The translations under genes were made by a program, and so were the position numbers. Shown piece by piece: positions 1-13,025 of a DNA stretch of 64,000 nucleotides. Position 1 is the stretch's first letter, and each line of letters opens with the position of its first letter. The notes beneath the pieces were generated by a model. The model had not been told where the DNA came from, did no database searches, and saw only the letters and a list, made by a program, of their open reading frames with translations. Source of the stretch: Octopus vulgaris (Eukaryota); the NCBI GenBank assembly GCA_951406725.2, contig OX597834.1, positions 12,958,001 through 13,022,000 of the forward strand. Direction: 5' to 3'.

Positions 1-604
1 CGTTTAAGCTACAGATTTGACACAAAATGCGTGATATTGAGAGATCATTGTAGAGAGAATAACTGTTATGCTTGTCATTGCAAGAAGCAAACATGAATTG
101 AATTCACTGAAGAGCAAGGCAGACAATGTGAAATGAAAAGAATGAAAAATTAGTGCAACAACAATAACAACCATGGAAGTGTTTCCTCAGCATCATTAAG
201 CAAACTCTAGAGAAAACAGAGAGTGTATCATTAGTACCATTAGGTGTATTATGACGCTCGCTTTAGGAAATACTTCGTCATCTCGCATAGAACCTTGTAA
301 GACCTTCGGGATGTGAGGAAGAAATTAATGAGGAAATAATTATTTTCAGACAGAAATACGAAGAGAACGTGGGAAAATTACAGAGACCATATAAATAAAA
401 GACAACAAAACCAGGTACGTACATCCATTTTATATAACCACATAATCACTCTCTGGGAAAACGAATAATATACAGGGGATTAAAGATTATATATCATTCT
501 CTGTTCTTAAAAAAAATCAACAATTGATAGACAAAAAATTGCATGGGTTGTGCTACAGATTCTCTGAAGATTTTAGAGTAAGAAAATCCAATTTAGTTCA
601 AAAT

Positions 605-988
605 GGAAGCACTCCGTCGGTTACGACGACGAGGGTTCCGGTTGATCCGAATCAACGGAACGGCCTGCTCGTGAGATTAACGTGTAAGTGGCTGAGCACT
701 CCACAGACACGTGTACACTTAACGTAGTTCTCGGGGATATTCAGCGTGACACAGAGAGTGACAAGGCCGGCCCTTTGAAATACAGGTACAACAGAAACAG
801 GAAGTAAGAGTGAGAGAGGGTTGTGGTGAAAGAGTACAGCAGGGATCACCACCATCCCCTGCCGGAGCCTCGTGGAGCTTTAGGTGTTTTCGCTCAATAA
901 ACACTCACAACGCCCGATCTGGGAATCGAAACCGCGATCCTATGACCGCGAGTCCGCTGCCCTAACCACTGGGCCATTGCACCTCTAC
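605..988 (-). mobile_element. tRNA-derived SINE family A (OR1/OR2-like octopus SINE), full length
   Basis: Minus strand begins GAGGTGCAATGGCCCAGTGGTTAGGGCAGCGGACTC..GGTTTCGATTCCC (Pol III A and B boxes). Near-identical to 34949-35335. Flanked by the 12-bp TSD TTAGTTCAAAAT (593-604 and 989-1000). The family name is from memory. Confidence 0.9.
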
Positions 989-1500
989 TTAGTTCAAAAT
1001 ATAAACAGCATGAAAAGGAAAAGTTTCTTGAAGAATTAGAATTACGACGTGTATACATACATTGTTACTTTTAGACATGGATTCATTGCTGGGGCATACG
1101 CTTGCACACGAACACAGCTTGAAGTTTTCTTCAAATTACATTATAATTGAAAACAATGAGAACATTTCAATATGTGAAGTTGTCTTACATTTTACGAACA
1201 TATGTGAAGATATGTGAAGATGTCCATACATTTTTACCAGCATATTTCAGAGAAATATCCACGTTTCAAACAAATATTTCCTCAAACACCTATTCTAGAC
1301 TTTAGATATAATAAATATATAAGATACTATCAACAGGTGCTACTGATACCAATGAACCATTTATTGGAGATTCTACACTTTGGATTTCTAAAAACAGTCG
1401 CAAGTGAAGTAATCCTTGTGCCTTATACAACAATATGAATCAATTCATCTCCATGAAAATTTATAGCAGAGTTTTATGAGTTCTATAGAAGCTGCGGTCT

Positions 1501-1501
<1 letters not shown>

Positions 1502-1538
<37 letters not shown>

Positions 1539-2031
1539 ATTATTATTATTATTATTATTATTATTATTGTTATTATTATTATTGTCGTTTTTGCTGTTGT
1601 TGTTATTGTACTTTTTATTGTTACTATTATTATTATTATCATTCTCACCCCCTCCTTCTCATTCTCATCATCATCATCATGCTCCTTTTCATTATTATCT
1701 TCAGCATATAAAATATACCACTGGAAAATTGTGCTTGATTGCACCGAGTACCGCACGCGTTCAAATTTCATGTACTTGTGCTTCAAAATGAAAAAAAAGA
1801 AGTTATTATTACTATTTATAATCTATTCCTTTCAATTATTATTATTATTATTATTATTATTCAGTAGTTTTATTTTTATAGCGTGCTTTCACTTCACTAC
1901 CGGGCGCAGCTCTGTGTGCCTTAGGTATGTGCTGTGATTTGTTGTGATGCTCTGATGGTTATTGTATGGAAAGTGTTCTGCGTAGGATGTGTGCAGTGCC
2001 TAGTAGTGCAATTTTCTGTATGTTATATGTG

Positions 2032-2088
<57 letters not shown>

Positions 2089-2112
2089 GTTATTATTATT
2101 ATTATTATCATC

Positions 2113-2180
<68 letters not shown>

Positions 2181-2333
2181 TTTTTTTCTTCTTTCAAATT
2201 TGCTTCCATTTCTTGCCGAGTGTCTTCCCGACTGATAGGGCAAAGAAACTCATAGTATACATTGGTAGGCCATTAAAGCAAACTCAATAGTTCGTTCAAT
2301 TTTTTTAAAGTTGAATTAAAATATTAGTATTAC

Positions 2334-2417
<84 letters not shown>

Positions 2418-2595
2418 CATCCTCCACATCATCATCATGCTCATTTTCATTATTATCTCCAGCATATAAAATATACCACTGACAAATTGTGATTGATTGC
2501 ACCGAGTACCCCACGTGTTCAAATTTGATGTACTTGTGCTTCAAAATGAAAAAAAAAAGAAAGTTATTATTAATATTTATAATCTCTTCTTTTCG

Positions 2596-2627
<32 letters not shown>

Positions 2628-2635
2628 CATTATTC
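1502..2635. repeat. (TAT/TAA)n microsatellite cluster with embedded inserts
   Basis: Long ATT triplet runs, which produce the poly-I/L/N ORFs. Confidence 0.95.
1860..2031 (-). mobile_element. 5'-truncated Dong/R4-clade non-LTR retrotransposon 3' end
   Basis: Minus frame encodes YNIQKIALLGTAHILRRTLSIQ*, resembling the C-terminus of R4/Dong restriction-like endonuclease ORFs. A 3' UTR follows and runs into (TAA)n. A second copy lies at 3410-3711. Confidence 0.75.
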
Positions 2636-3366
2636 GTACTCTTATTTGCATTACTTGATTACAAGTCTCTTCCGTACGAAGCACTTTGGGATATAGTTTC
2701 TTTTTCACTCATTAATTTTTCATTGTATGACAACACATAACGAAATGCGGATGCAGTGCCAACCGGTGCAATTATCTGTATATTATACACATTGCTCATT
2801 CCCCGGTGTTTTTTGGTTATATCACAGCACGATGTATTCTCCTGTTATATTTCCTAAAGCAGTAATAATTATAAGGATTTTTCTGCTTTTAGTCACCATA
2901 ATCGCATTAAAGGTAGTAGCAGACCTTCATATTTGCATTATTCATGCGTTTTTAGAAATTATTTCACTTCTTTCTTTCTAGTGTCATTATTTGATGTATC
3001 ATCCGTTTGAGAAAAACCCAACAGTAGAACTTATTAAATTATTACTTTGTACACTGCTTTCTTCAGTATTACTCTTTTCATGATTATATCTCATGCGTCT
3101 GTGCGGTTCCTCTTTAATAGCATCAGTTCTCATACACTTGTAATTCTATAATTCCTAAGTATTTACAGATTTAACTTCGCTCTAATGTTTCCAATATCCA
3201 CTTCCATAACTAATGCGTTTTCTTGTAATGTAACGAATTACCATAAGCTTTGCCGTTTAATTAAGTGCTATTATTATTATCATTATTACTATTATTATTA
3301 TAATTATTATAATTATTATTATTAATATTATACTTATTACTATTATTATTATTACTACTATTAGTA

Positions 3367-3403
<37 letters not shown>

Positions 3404-3409
3404 CATTAT

Positions 3410-3710
3410 TCAGTAGCTTTATTTTTTATAGCGTGCTTTCACTTCACTACCGAGCGCAGCTCTGTGTGCCTTGGGTATGTGCTGTGATTTGTTGTGATGC
3501 TCTGATGGTTATTATATAGAAAGTGTTCTGTGTAGGATGTGTGCATGTGCCTAGTAGTGCAATTTTCTGTATGTTATATGTGTTTGTAAGTCCTGGTGTT
3601 TTTGTTATGCATTTGTCAGAATATTTTTTTATCATGCCTAATGCACCTAATATGATAGGAATTGTTTCTGTTTTTAGATTCCACATTCTGGTTACCACAT
3701 TCTGGTTACC

Positions 3711-3711
<1 letters not shown>
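3410..3711 (-). mobile_element. 5'-truncated Dong/R4-clade non-LTR retrotransposon 3' end
   Basis: ORF VTRMWNLKTETIPIILGALGMIKK...YNIQKIALLGT followed by a frameshift. Same 3' UTR as 1860-2031. (TAA)n on both sides. Confidence 0.8.
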
Positions 3712-3778
<67 letters not shown>

Positions 3779-3813
3779 CAAGATCATCATTATCATTCAT
3801 TCTTCTTCTTCTT

Positions 3814-3844
<31 letters not shown>

Positions 3845-3890
3845 TTATTATTATTATTATTATTTTATATTATTTTTAGCATTATTGTTC

Positions 3891-4201
<311 letters not shown>

Positions 4202-4208
4202 GTTATTA

Positions 4209-4263
<55 letters not shown>

Positions 4264-5764
4264 CCATAATTATGCATGCCGTTAAGTCGTAGAAATTGCA
4301 AAATCATAAGCATGATTGACACCTTATTCAGTGACACTTTCCAAGCTTTGGATCCATCGGGATAGATGTTGCGTTTAGTACTTTCTGATTGAAGCCTTGT
4401 TTGTAGCAAAATACAGGATCAGGTGGTTGATTCAAATTCTTATCTGCTTGAACCTTTTAAATAGGAATGTGTACATTAATTTCATAAATTCTTCTTCATT
4501 ATGACACGCATATAGAAGACCTCCTCCGAGATATCATGAATTGTTCTGATTTGACCAATAAGTCAGGATTCATACATGACTACTTTCCTTGAAAGATTGG
4601 GTCGCATGTTTCATATTTACAAATTTAACCATATATTTTGGTAAAAATTTTCTCTCGGCAAACCTATACGCCTTTTATTATATCCGGGTAGAGAATCATA
4701 TTCCAAGTAGTATATATTTACCTCAAACTATATAGCAAAACCACAGCAAAATACGGGGACGCTGACGTTCAGACTGCATACTGTAGTAGTTCGTATAATA
4801 TAACAGGAGAAACAAAAATTCAAATATTATTTTTCCTATGGACCTGATTATCTAAACAATAACACCAGAAAAAAACGTTTTTCGCTCAATATATTTCTCT
4901 AAGAGGCAACAAGAAATGTCGTCTGCTTTTCGTCAATATTTTGAGTGACGGCTGAACTCATCTGCTGTCTCAGAATACCCATTCAAATTGCTACATTGAG
5001 AAATCACTTGTTATTCGCATACATTCTTCAATGTTTGCGAATATAAGTTAAGCGGGTATATTACATCATTCTGCAAACAAATGACTGAATTATGAAAACG
5101 TTATCAAAATATTTGTTGATATTTATTCCGCTTATATATTTTGTTATTTCTATATTATCTATTTCAACAAGAAATCTAAATAGAGACAACGAAGTGCAGG
5201 TGCATACCGTAATTCTGAATTTCTTTGTAGTTTGGATATAAAAAATATAACTGTTCGTTTAATCAATACGCTCCCTTAATTCTCTTCTGTAATGGTTTAT
5301 TCTGGGGGACTGGCTCGTACTTTCATTAATGTATACCCTTCCAAACTGATGAGATTAACACAGGTAACGTTGGTCCTCAATATATGATAGGTGAGATGTG
5401 CAATAAAGCGAGGACAAGCGAATTATGTTGGGGAATGGATCTCATGTGTATTTATTAAAACTAGGTGTGAGTATGAATTTGGGGGCGTCGATGCAAAGTG
5501 ATTGAAGAGGCAGCTAGGTCGACGTATGTTAGTAATTCCTGGAAGGAGGTGAAACTCGAGCACACACAGTTCTCTGCATAACTGTGAAAGCAATTACTGT
5601 AATATCGATAGCACACGCAGAGAAATAATGCAACAGTTACAAGTATATTTACCAGATCTTGATTTGTGTACAGGTATTTGGACGTCAGTGTATAAATCGA
5701 CAAAACTTTATATCCCTCGGAATGCTGAAATATTTACATAGATAATCGAATTATATTAAACTAA

Positions 5765-6320
5765 GAGTTGAAAAGTTTCTGGGAATCACTCGATCGACAT
5801 TCTTCTCGGTTTACTATAGCAAGAAGAAAAAAAAAAGGCAAAACTGCTCCAAATTATCCCAGGTGCAATTCGCTGTATAAGACTTCTCCACTCATTCCAC
5901 TTCAATTTACAAGGAAATTCGATTTACAGATACGAGATTCTTCTCAGCAGATATTTATGTTGAGTTGAACTAATTCGTAGATCATTGATACAAAACAACT
6001 ACACAATTCTTATTTGAAGGACGTAATATTTCTCACAGCCATTTGCAATGAAAGAGTAACTTGAGATTTCGTGTATGTAAAATATACGAGAATGGAAATA
6101 GTTGACGAGTGAACGAGTGAACCATGCAGCGCGGATGTGTGTTCTCTTGACCTTCTTGATATATCAGCTATATATCAATCTACTGAAACGGTATCGTTTT
6201 AAAAATGAATAATGCAACAGGAGAGATGACAATGGACGGAAATTATTTGATCATAGATACGCTTTATCAGGCTTTATTCGAGCTAAACTAGAAAGTTTTG
6301 AACAAATTTACATTGCTTAT
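5765..6320 (+). pseudogene. Heavily decayed non-LTR (RTE-like) reverse transcriptase remnant
   Basis: Collinear degenerate motifs: KKGKTAPNYPRCNSL (~KKGD..NYRGISL), RDSSQQIFML (~RST.DQIF.L) and MQRGCVFS (~VRQGCVLS), with stops and frameshifts. Confidence 0.5.
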
Positions 6321-6592
6321 GCGTCGTATATTCCATTGCTTCACATATCAAATCCTAGATTTCTGCTGGACACAAAATGTATACATCGATTACTCTACAA
6401 GCAACCCAAGGACCAACACGGAGGCAACCTAGGTCAACTTGACAGCCGCATTTTATCCAAACACTCGAGCGACCCAACACTCAGACAAATACAAGAGTAC
6501 CTCCTCAGAAATAAAATATCCCCAGTACTAAATAGGAAATATACGTAGTAGATAATCATACCACCATACCTACAGTCTATATTTATATATAT

Positions 6593-6823
6593 ATTTCTTT
6601 ACTACCCACAAGGGGCGAAACATAGAGGTGACAAACAAGGACAGACAAATATATTAAGTCTATTACATCGATCCCAGTGCATAACTGGTACTTAATTTAT
6701 CGACCCCGAAAGGATGAAAGGTAAAGTCGACCTCGGCGGAATTTGAACTCAGAACGTAACGGCAGACGAAATACCGCTAAGCATTTCGCCCGGTTCGCTA
6801 ATGTTTCTGCCAGCTCGCCGCCT
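6593..6823 (-). mobile_element. tRNA-derived SINE family C, full length
   Basis: Minus strand reads GGCGGCGAGCTGGCAGAAAC..GAGTTCAAATTCC..CCTTTCATCCTTTCGGGGTCGATAAATTAAGTACCAG..GTAAAGAAATA. 20-bp TSD CTACAGTCTATATTTATATA at 6570-6589 and 6836-6855. Confidence 0.9.
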
Positions 6824-8207
6824 TTATTATACAGTCTACAGTCTATATTTATATAGCAGTAGAAAAGTTAGTGGGCTGTTATGTAGATGCATGTGTGCGC
6901 GTGTGTATGTGTGTGTATGTAGGGAAATAGAGGTGAAAGTGAACAGATAGAAATACTGACGGATAGGTACATAGGTAACATGAACAGACGAGGACATATA
7001 CACACACATAAGCAAATGGAGACTGAGACACATGACCATATGCACACACACACGTGACTCCACACAAGGACACATATGGAGATACACGTCCACACATATG
7101 GAGATACACATTCATATATATAGGCAAATCACATAACAAATGGATTATTTTTGATGTAATGAAAATTAAAGATATATTGGCTGGATACCTGTCTTGTACT
7201 AAAATCGGAATGCTGAACCTGTTGCAAGTACCCATCGCCATACTCATGGGAGATTAGACTTGATATGTTACGCGGTTTCTCCACGTAATCGTCACTAAGT
7301 ACGAGTGAAAAGTGTGCGACATGTATCTTCATATATTTTACAAGGAATTCAAACTGGTCTTCAGCTTGAAATCTTTCTCCAGTCAGAAACAGTGTTTCTT
7401 AAAGTTGCCTTTGTTACTATAAGGTTATCATCGTTTAAGCTACAGATTAAAGCACATCGTTCCTTGTTAACTTATACCACGTTTTTCTCGGATGGACATA
7501 CAATTTTTTATTAGTGAGTTTAAACATAATTTTTTAAAATTTTATTGCAACTTAGTAACTGCTATCATAGATTTTGTACAGAATGTATTTTTAATTGCGG
7601 GATTATTAAATACATAAAGATTGGTTGATTCAGAACCAATTTTACCTGATCATTAAAGCACTGATTTGCACATTACGCGAGAAGATTTAGCATTGAATAA
7701 AGTACAAATATTTAAGAAATAAGTGGTGTTAATAGTATAAAATTCATATAAATGTATGTGATAACGAATAAACCAGATATTAATTTAATTCCATATAATT
7801 ACTAATATAATTACTCTTCGATACAAATTTTGTATAATATAGAAGCATTTGGAAAATGTACATATGTGATATAATACTTGATGTAAAATAAGATAATTGA
7901 TGTAAAATAATATAATTTATACACCGCATTATTTTAAATTCTATTTATATTTTTCTAATACTATTCTTGGGTTCATTGACTTATATACAATTGCTGTATT
8001 CGCTTACTTTCTCTGTTCATTTACAATGTAATTTAGAAATCTCTTTTTTATGATGTCATATAAATGACGAATTACTTCTTATTTACAGAAGCATCTATAA
8101 CTAGCTGAAGACACTAAATCTTATTAACAACAGCTCTCACCTCAATGTTAATGATGTCAGCATAGCCGTGGTAACTATTACTAATTGCATGAAAATAATA
8201 TATATAC

Positions 8208-8391
8208 AATCAAAATAAGCAACAAGAATATCTCCGGTAATTTGGCACGATCGTTTCACGCTACATAATTTTATTAAACATTGTAAGTATTACAACAGTA
8301 TTACAACAATAATTACAATGTTTAATAAAATGATATAGCGTGAAACGATCGTACAAAATAACCGAAGATATTCGTGTTGCTTATTTTGATT
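8208..8391. repeat. ~184-bp imperfect palindrome (fold-back element)
   Basis: AATCAAAATAAGCAAC..ACGATCGTTTCACGCTA..TTTTATTAAACATTGTAA is mirrored by TTACAATGTTTAATAAAA..TAGCGTGAAACGATCGT..GTTGCTTATTTTGATT. Confidence 0.9.
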
Positions 8392-8490
8392 ATAATCACC
8401 CCATGGATAACACCATACACAATTCTGGTGCATTTAACTTAAGTACCACATTCATGTGGTTGGTAAACATACTTCTTACCACACAGTCAC

Positions 8491-8536
<46 letters not shown>

Positions 8537-8542
<6 letters not shown>

Positions 8543-9033
8543 CGCCTTAATGTACTGATATATGAAAAATATATGGCTTGTGTTAGTAATACCAGCGATT
8601 ATAATTATTTTTATTTTATCGCAATTTGATTTGTTTACATATTTCTCGATAAATTATGAGCGCCAGGCGATATACCAGAATTCCCTAGTGTTGTCGGGAC
8701 GTTCGGAGTCTGCGCAGTGATATGATTAGTTAGGGAGAGTAATTCATTAGACGCACATGCTTCTAGTGAGTTAGGATCCCAGAAAAACAGGGTCTCACTG
8801 AAGAATTCTCCCTGGGCAAATAAATTATCTTTATTGCTGAAAAGAAAGAAACTGCAGTCTGAGAATTACCGGTTTAGTAAATGTTTTTATCTTCATTTCA
8901 CTTAATTTATCAAGCTTCTGTATTCCTAGCACATATTTCGCCTTAATGTACTGATATATGAAAAATATATGGCTTGTGTTAGTAATACCAGCGATTATAA
9001 TTATTTTTATTTTATCGCAATTTGATTTGTTTA
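8537..9033 (+). mobile_element. Retrozyme/Penelope-like non-autonomous element: 396-nt unit with 101-bp terminal direct repeat and internal hammerhead
   Basis: 8537-8637 is identical to 8933-9033. (TA)n on both sides. Hammerhead at 8793-8864. Confidence 0.7.
8793..8864 (+). ncRNA. Type I hammerhead ribozyme motif
   Basis: Stem I TCTCA/TGAGA; core CTGAAGA; stem II TTCT..AGAA (A.A at the core-proximal position) with inner hairpin GCAAATAAA/TTTATTGC; GAAA; palindromic stem III ACTGCAGT; GUC cleavage triplet ending at 8859. Confidence 0.75.
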
Positions 9034-9848
9034 TATATATATATATATATATATACAGAAATAGGCGTTTCTTCAAGATAATTATTCTACTTGAAATTTT
9101 AACCAACGTAAAAGATTCTTTATTTATATAGACAAAATTTTTCACTACAAGCTGTCTTAACGTGACATTAGATATTATCCAGATAGTTTGCAATGCGGTA
9201 AATCACATACACGAAACAAAATAGAAATATCAAATCGACGAAAAAAGTATGGTTAAAGAATAAAGAGAAGAAAAAAAAATAAATTCACAAATATAAATAC
9301 CTCAACAAACAAAGAGAACGAAATGAGAACAAACAGAAATCGTCTCAATTTTTCTAGCATTTGTAATTCTTCTCAGGAGTCGTTAAAGTGTTGAGAGTAA
9401 TGTAAGACAAGACATCACAGCTTGTGTTTGAGAGAAGCACAGGCATTCATAAACAATGAGATAGAAAATTAAATAAAAGAAATGAAAAGAATATAATATT
9501 AAAGACAGATGTGACAAGAATACGAATCTTCATAACTTTTTGTTTTATTAATATGGTTACAAAGTTATATTCAAGTGGCACTACTGTTTTGAATCTCCTA
9601 CTAATTTTCTTTTTCTCTTTCATTTTCAATATCCGTTTTTTCCCCACTTATCTGAAAATATTTCTTCTACCTCATACGATTTATGTATTGTTTCTCTTCT
9701 ATGACGCAAGATAAATGATACAGCTTTCGATGGTCAAAACGTTTTGCTGGAAATTAAACATAATGTTGCAATCTGATATTAAAATACCTACCTAAAATTT
9801 AAAATATATATATAAAATATATGTATATACTGTTGACTTTTTTATTCA

Positions 9849-10236
9849 TTTACTTGTTTCAGTCATTTGACTGCGGCCATGCAGGATCACCGCCTTTAAT
9901 CGAGCAACTCGACTCCGGGACTTATTCTTTGTAAGCCCAGTACTTGTAATATCGGTCAGTTTTTGCCGAACCGCTAAGTAACGGGGATATAAACACACCA
10001 GCATCGGTTCTCAAACAATGCTAGGGGGACAAACACAGACACACAAACACACACATACATATATATATATACGTATATACGACGGGCTTCTTTCAGTTTC
10101 CATCTACTAAATCCAGTCACAAGGCTTTAGTCGGCCCGAGGCTATAGTAGAAGACACTTGCCCAATGTGCCACGCAGTGGGACTGAAGCCAGAACCATGT
10201 GGTTGGTAAACAAACTTCTTACCACACAGCCACTCC
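9849..10236 (-). mobile_element. tRNA-derived SINE family B (CORE-like segment, internal TA/TG microsatellite)
   Basis: GGAGTGGCTGTGTGGTAAG head, TTGGGCAAGTGTCTT core-like segment, CAAATGACTGAAACAAGTAAA tail. More than 10 copies in the window. Confidence 0.9.
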
Positions 10237-10239
10237 AAA

Positions 10240-10306
<67 letters not shown>

Positions 10307-10882
10307 CGAAGCATATTGATACAAGCAAACGTACGGCCTCCACATATCTTTGTACACATAGATATGTGAAGGTTGTACCATGCCTGAATGGTTATTTTCC
10401 TCAATGTGTCTAGTGCCTTGAATTTTATCTTTTTAATGGGAATGTCCTTTTTGGGACAAAGATCTTTTAACAGTCGACGCTTTGTTTTGCTAACAATAAA
10501 TAATCCCTAATTGTTTAATTTTACTGTGTTCTTAATTCTTTGTAGAAATAAGCTGGTGTGGACATAATTGCTATAATACGCTTATGATTCATTCCTGCTG
10601 ATTACAAATGATTCCATGACAGCATCGGGCTGAATAGTAATCCAAAGATGCGAAGATCAGAGTGGGATCCGTTTGGCATACACGTTTTGCGTCTTTGTGA
10701 AACTTTATATCTTTGTCTCGTGAATGTGAGTTCTCTTTCCCTCCACTCGAGTTAAGTGGAAATCGTTTGTGCATTCATGATTTGTCGAAATTAATTTCAT
10801 GTTGGTTCTTTTCTTTCATAGATAATCTATTTAAGCTTACATAACATCTAGACACATGTGCCTAGATTTAGGAGGGTCTGTG

Positions 10883-10921
<39 letters not shown>

Positions 10922-11080
10922 TGTATTGCACATATACAGATATACCTATGTGGTATTAATAATAGAATATAAAGAGAGAGCATTTAATCAATAAAAATTA
11001 GAAGGAATAAAATGAAATAGCATAATAATAAGGACATATAATGTTTCAACTGACAGTGACATAATGAAAACATGATTGTA

Positions 11081-11133
<53 letters not shown>

Positions 11134-11898
11134 ATATACATATATATATATACACACACACACATATATATGTTTATATATGTTTGCATGCGCGCGTGTG
11201 TGTGTTTGTGCATGTGTATTTTTGATAGGGCTTTCCCGCAGCATGAGAGGGTTTGGCTCCACATTTCTCCCTAAAGAGCTGATTAAGACAAGGACTTCAT
11301 TTTAAGCTAGTGAGAAAGATCTAGTAGGTCGCAGCAAGATGTATCATGGATTATCCTAAAATTCCGATCCTTAATTATTTTGAAAAAAACAAACACACTA
11401 CGCCTTAACAGGAATATTGAATCACAGATACGTTGACGGTTGTACATAACTGTGAGATAACACGTAAATCCGAATAGTTAAACAGCTTCCACTGTTACAT
11501 GACAAATATGTTGATAAATATATCGACATGTTTAACCGTATTTATGTAACTTCAATTCCCTGTATTATATTGTTTAAGAGATACTAAATAAATAAAATGA
11601 TGAAAGCACAACAGGACCAACAGATGTAAATATGGTCAGGTATGTTTTGATGCAATTTATGCTTCCAATACGATCATAGTGTAGCAGAAATAAAAACCCA
11701 TATATTTTAACCGAGAGTTTGCAAGCATATGTTATAATAACCGTTGTCAAATGCTAACCTCTGTACATGTATGATTGTCTGTCTGTTTGCATACCCATTT
11801 CCCTATTACTCTACATGTTTATTAATATATTGTATATACATATAGACAGAAATCACATACATACATAGATATATATGTGTGTATACATATACATACAT

Positions 11899-11942
<44 letters not shown>

Positions 11943-11996
11943 ATGTATATATATATATATAAGTATGTGTGTGTGTATATATATATGTATGTATAT

Positions 11997-12050
<54 letters not shown>

Positions 12051-12124
12051 GTATGTATATATATCCATAATTACGAGGTATATTTGTATATGCATGTATT
12101 AAACTATTTCTGTGTCTGTGTGTG

Positions 12125-12275
<151 letters not shown>

Positions 12276-13025
12276 AGGTACGTAGATAGATAGAAAGATA
12301 TGCATACCCAATTTTTTTTTGAATATGCTTAAATGTATGTATAAGCACGCATTTCATATAACATAAAATGTATGGAGTTTGAGAGTGAACGGAACGGGTA
12401 GATTTGAATGTTATATATAAACAAAAACAGGAAAATTTTGAAGTTTTGAAAACGCATTCATATTTTTATAACAACGATCTCTCAGCATGATAAAAGTCTC
12501 TGTAATAGTTTCACAAGTAAATGATATGTGCGAAAGAAATATAAATGTAAAGACTAAAGCATTCCAAAATTTATGTATGGTCGTGTTTGGAACATAATAG
12601 CTGTATTTGAAGTCACTGAAGCAATTTCGTGCAAATATGACAAGCGCAAAATTTGTACACACAGACACGCATAGAAACACTTATGCGCAAAGAGAGATAG
12701 ATTCTCCATACTTAGATACATATATACGTTCGTACATACACGCACACACTCACAATCACATACATATACATACAACGAGGAAGAGAAAAAGACAGAGAGA
12801 TGGAAGTGAACACTGAAGTATACAAGGGCAAGTATAATATATACACACATATTTGTGTATGTTAATTGCATGGGTTATTCAAAATATGTATTCCGAAAAA
12901 TGAAACACCGTCGTATTATAACATTGTATTGTTTTCATATGTATTATGCATGTATGCATGTATGTATATATGTATGCATATAAAAATACATGCTTATGTA
13001 TGAATCTACAGGGTTATGCATCTAT

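Noticed and set aside
1-17. 17-bp match CGTTTAAGCTACAGATT with 7432-7448
   Set aside because: It lies at the window edge and similarity stops downstream. It cannot be evaluated without upstream sequence.
5340-5375. CTGATGAG motif between CCAA and TTGG
   Set aside because: No GAAA and no stem II.
6336-6548. 70-aa ORF as a host exon or Penelope RT fragment
   Set aside because: Only vague motif similarity. It may be the decayed continuation of the upstream RT relic and cannot be supported.
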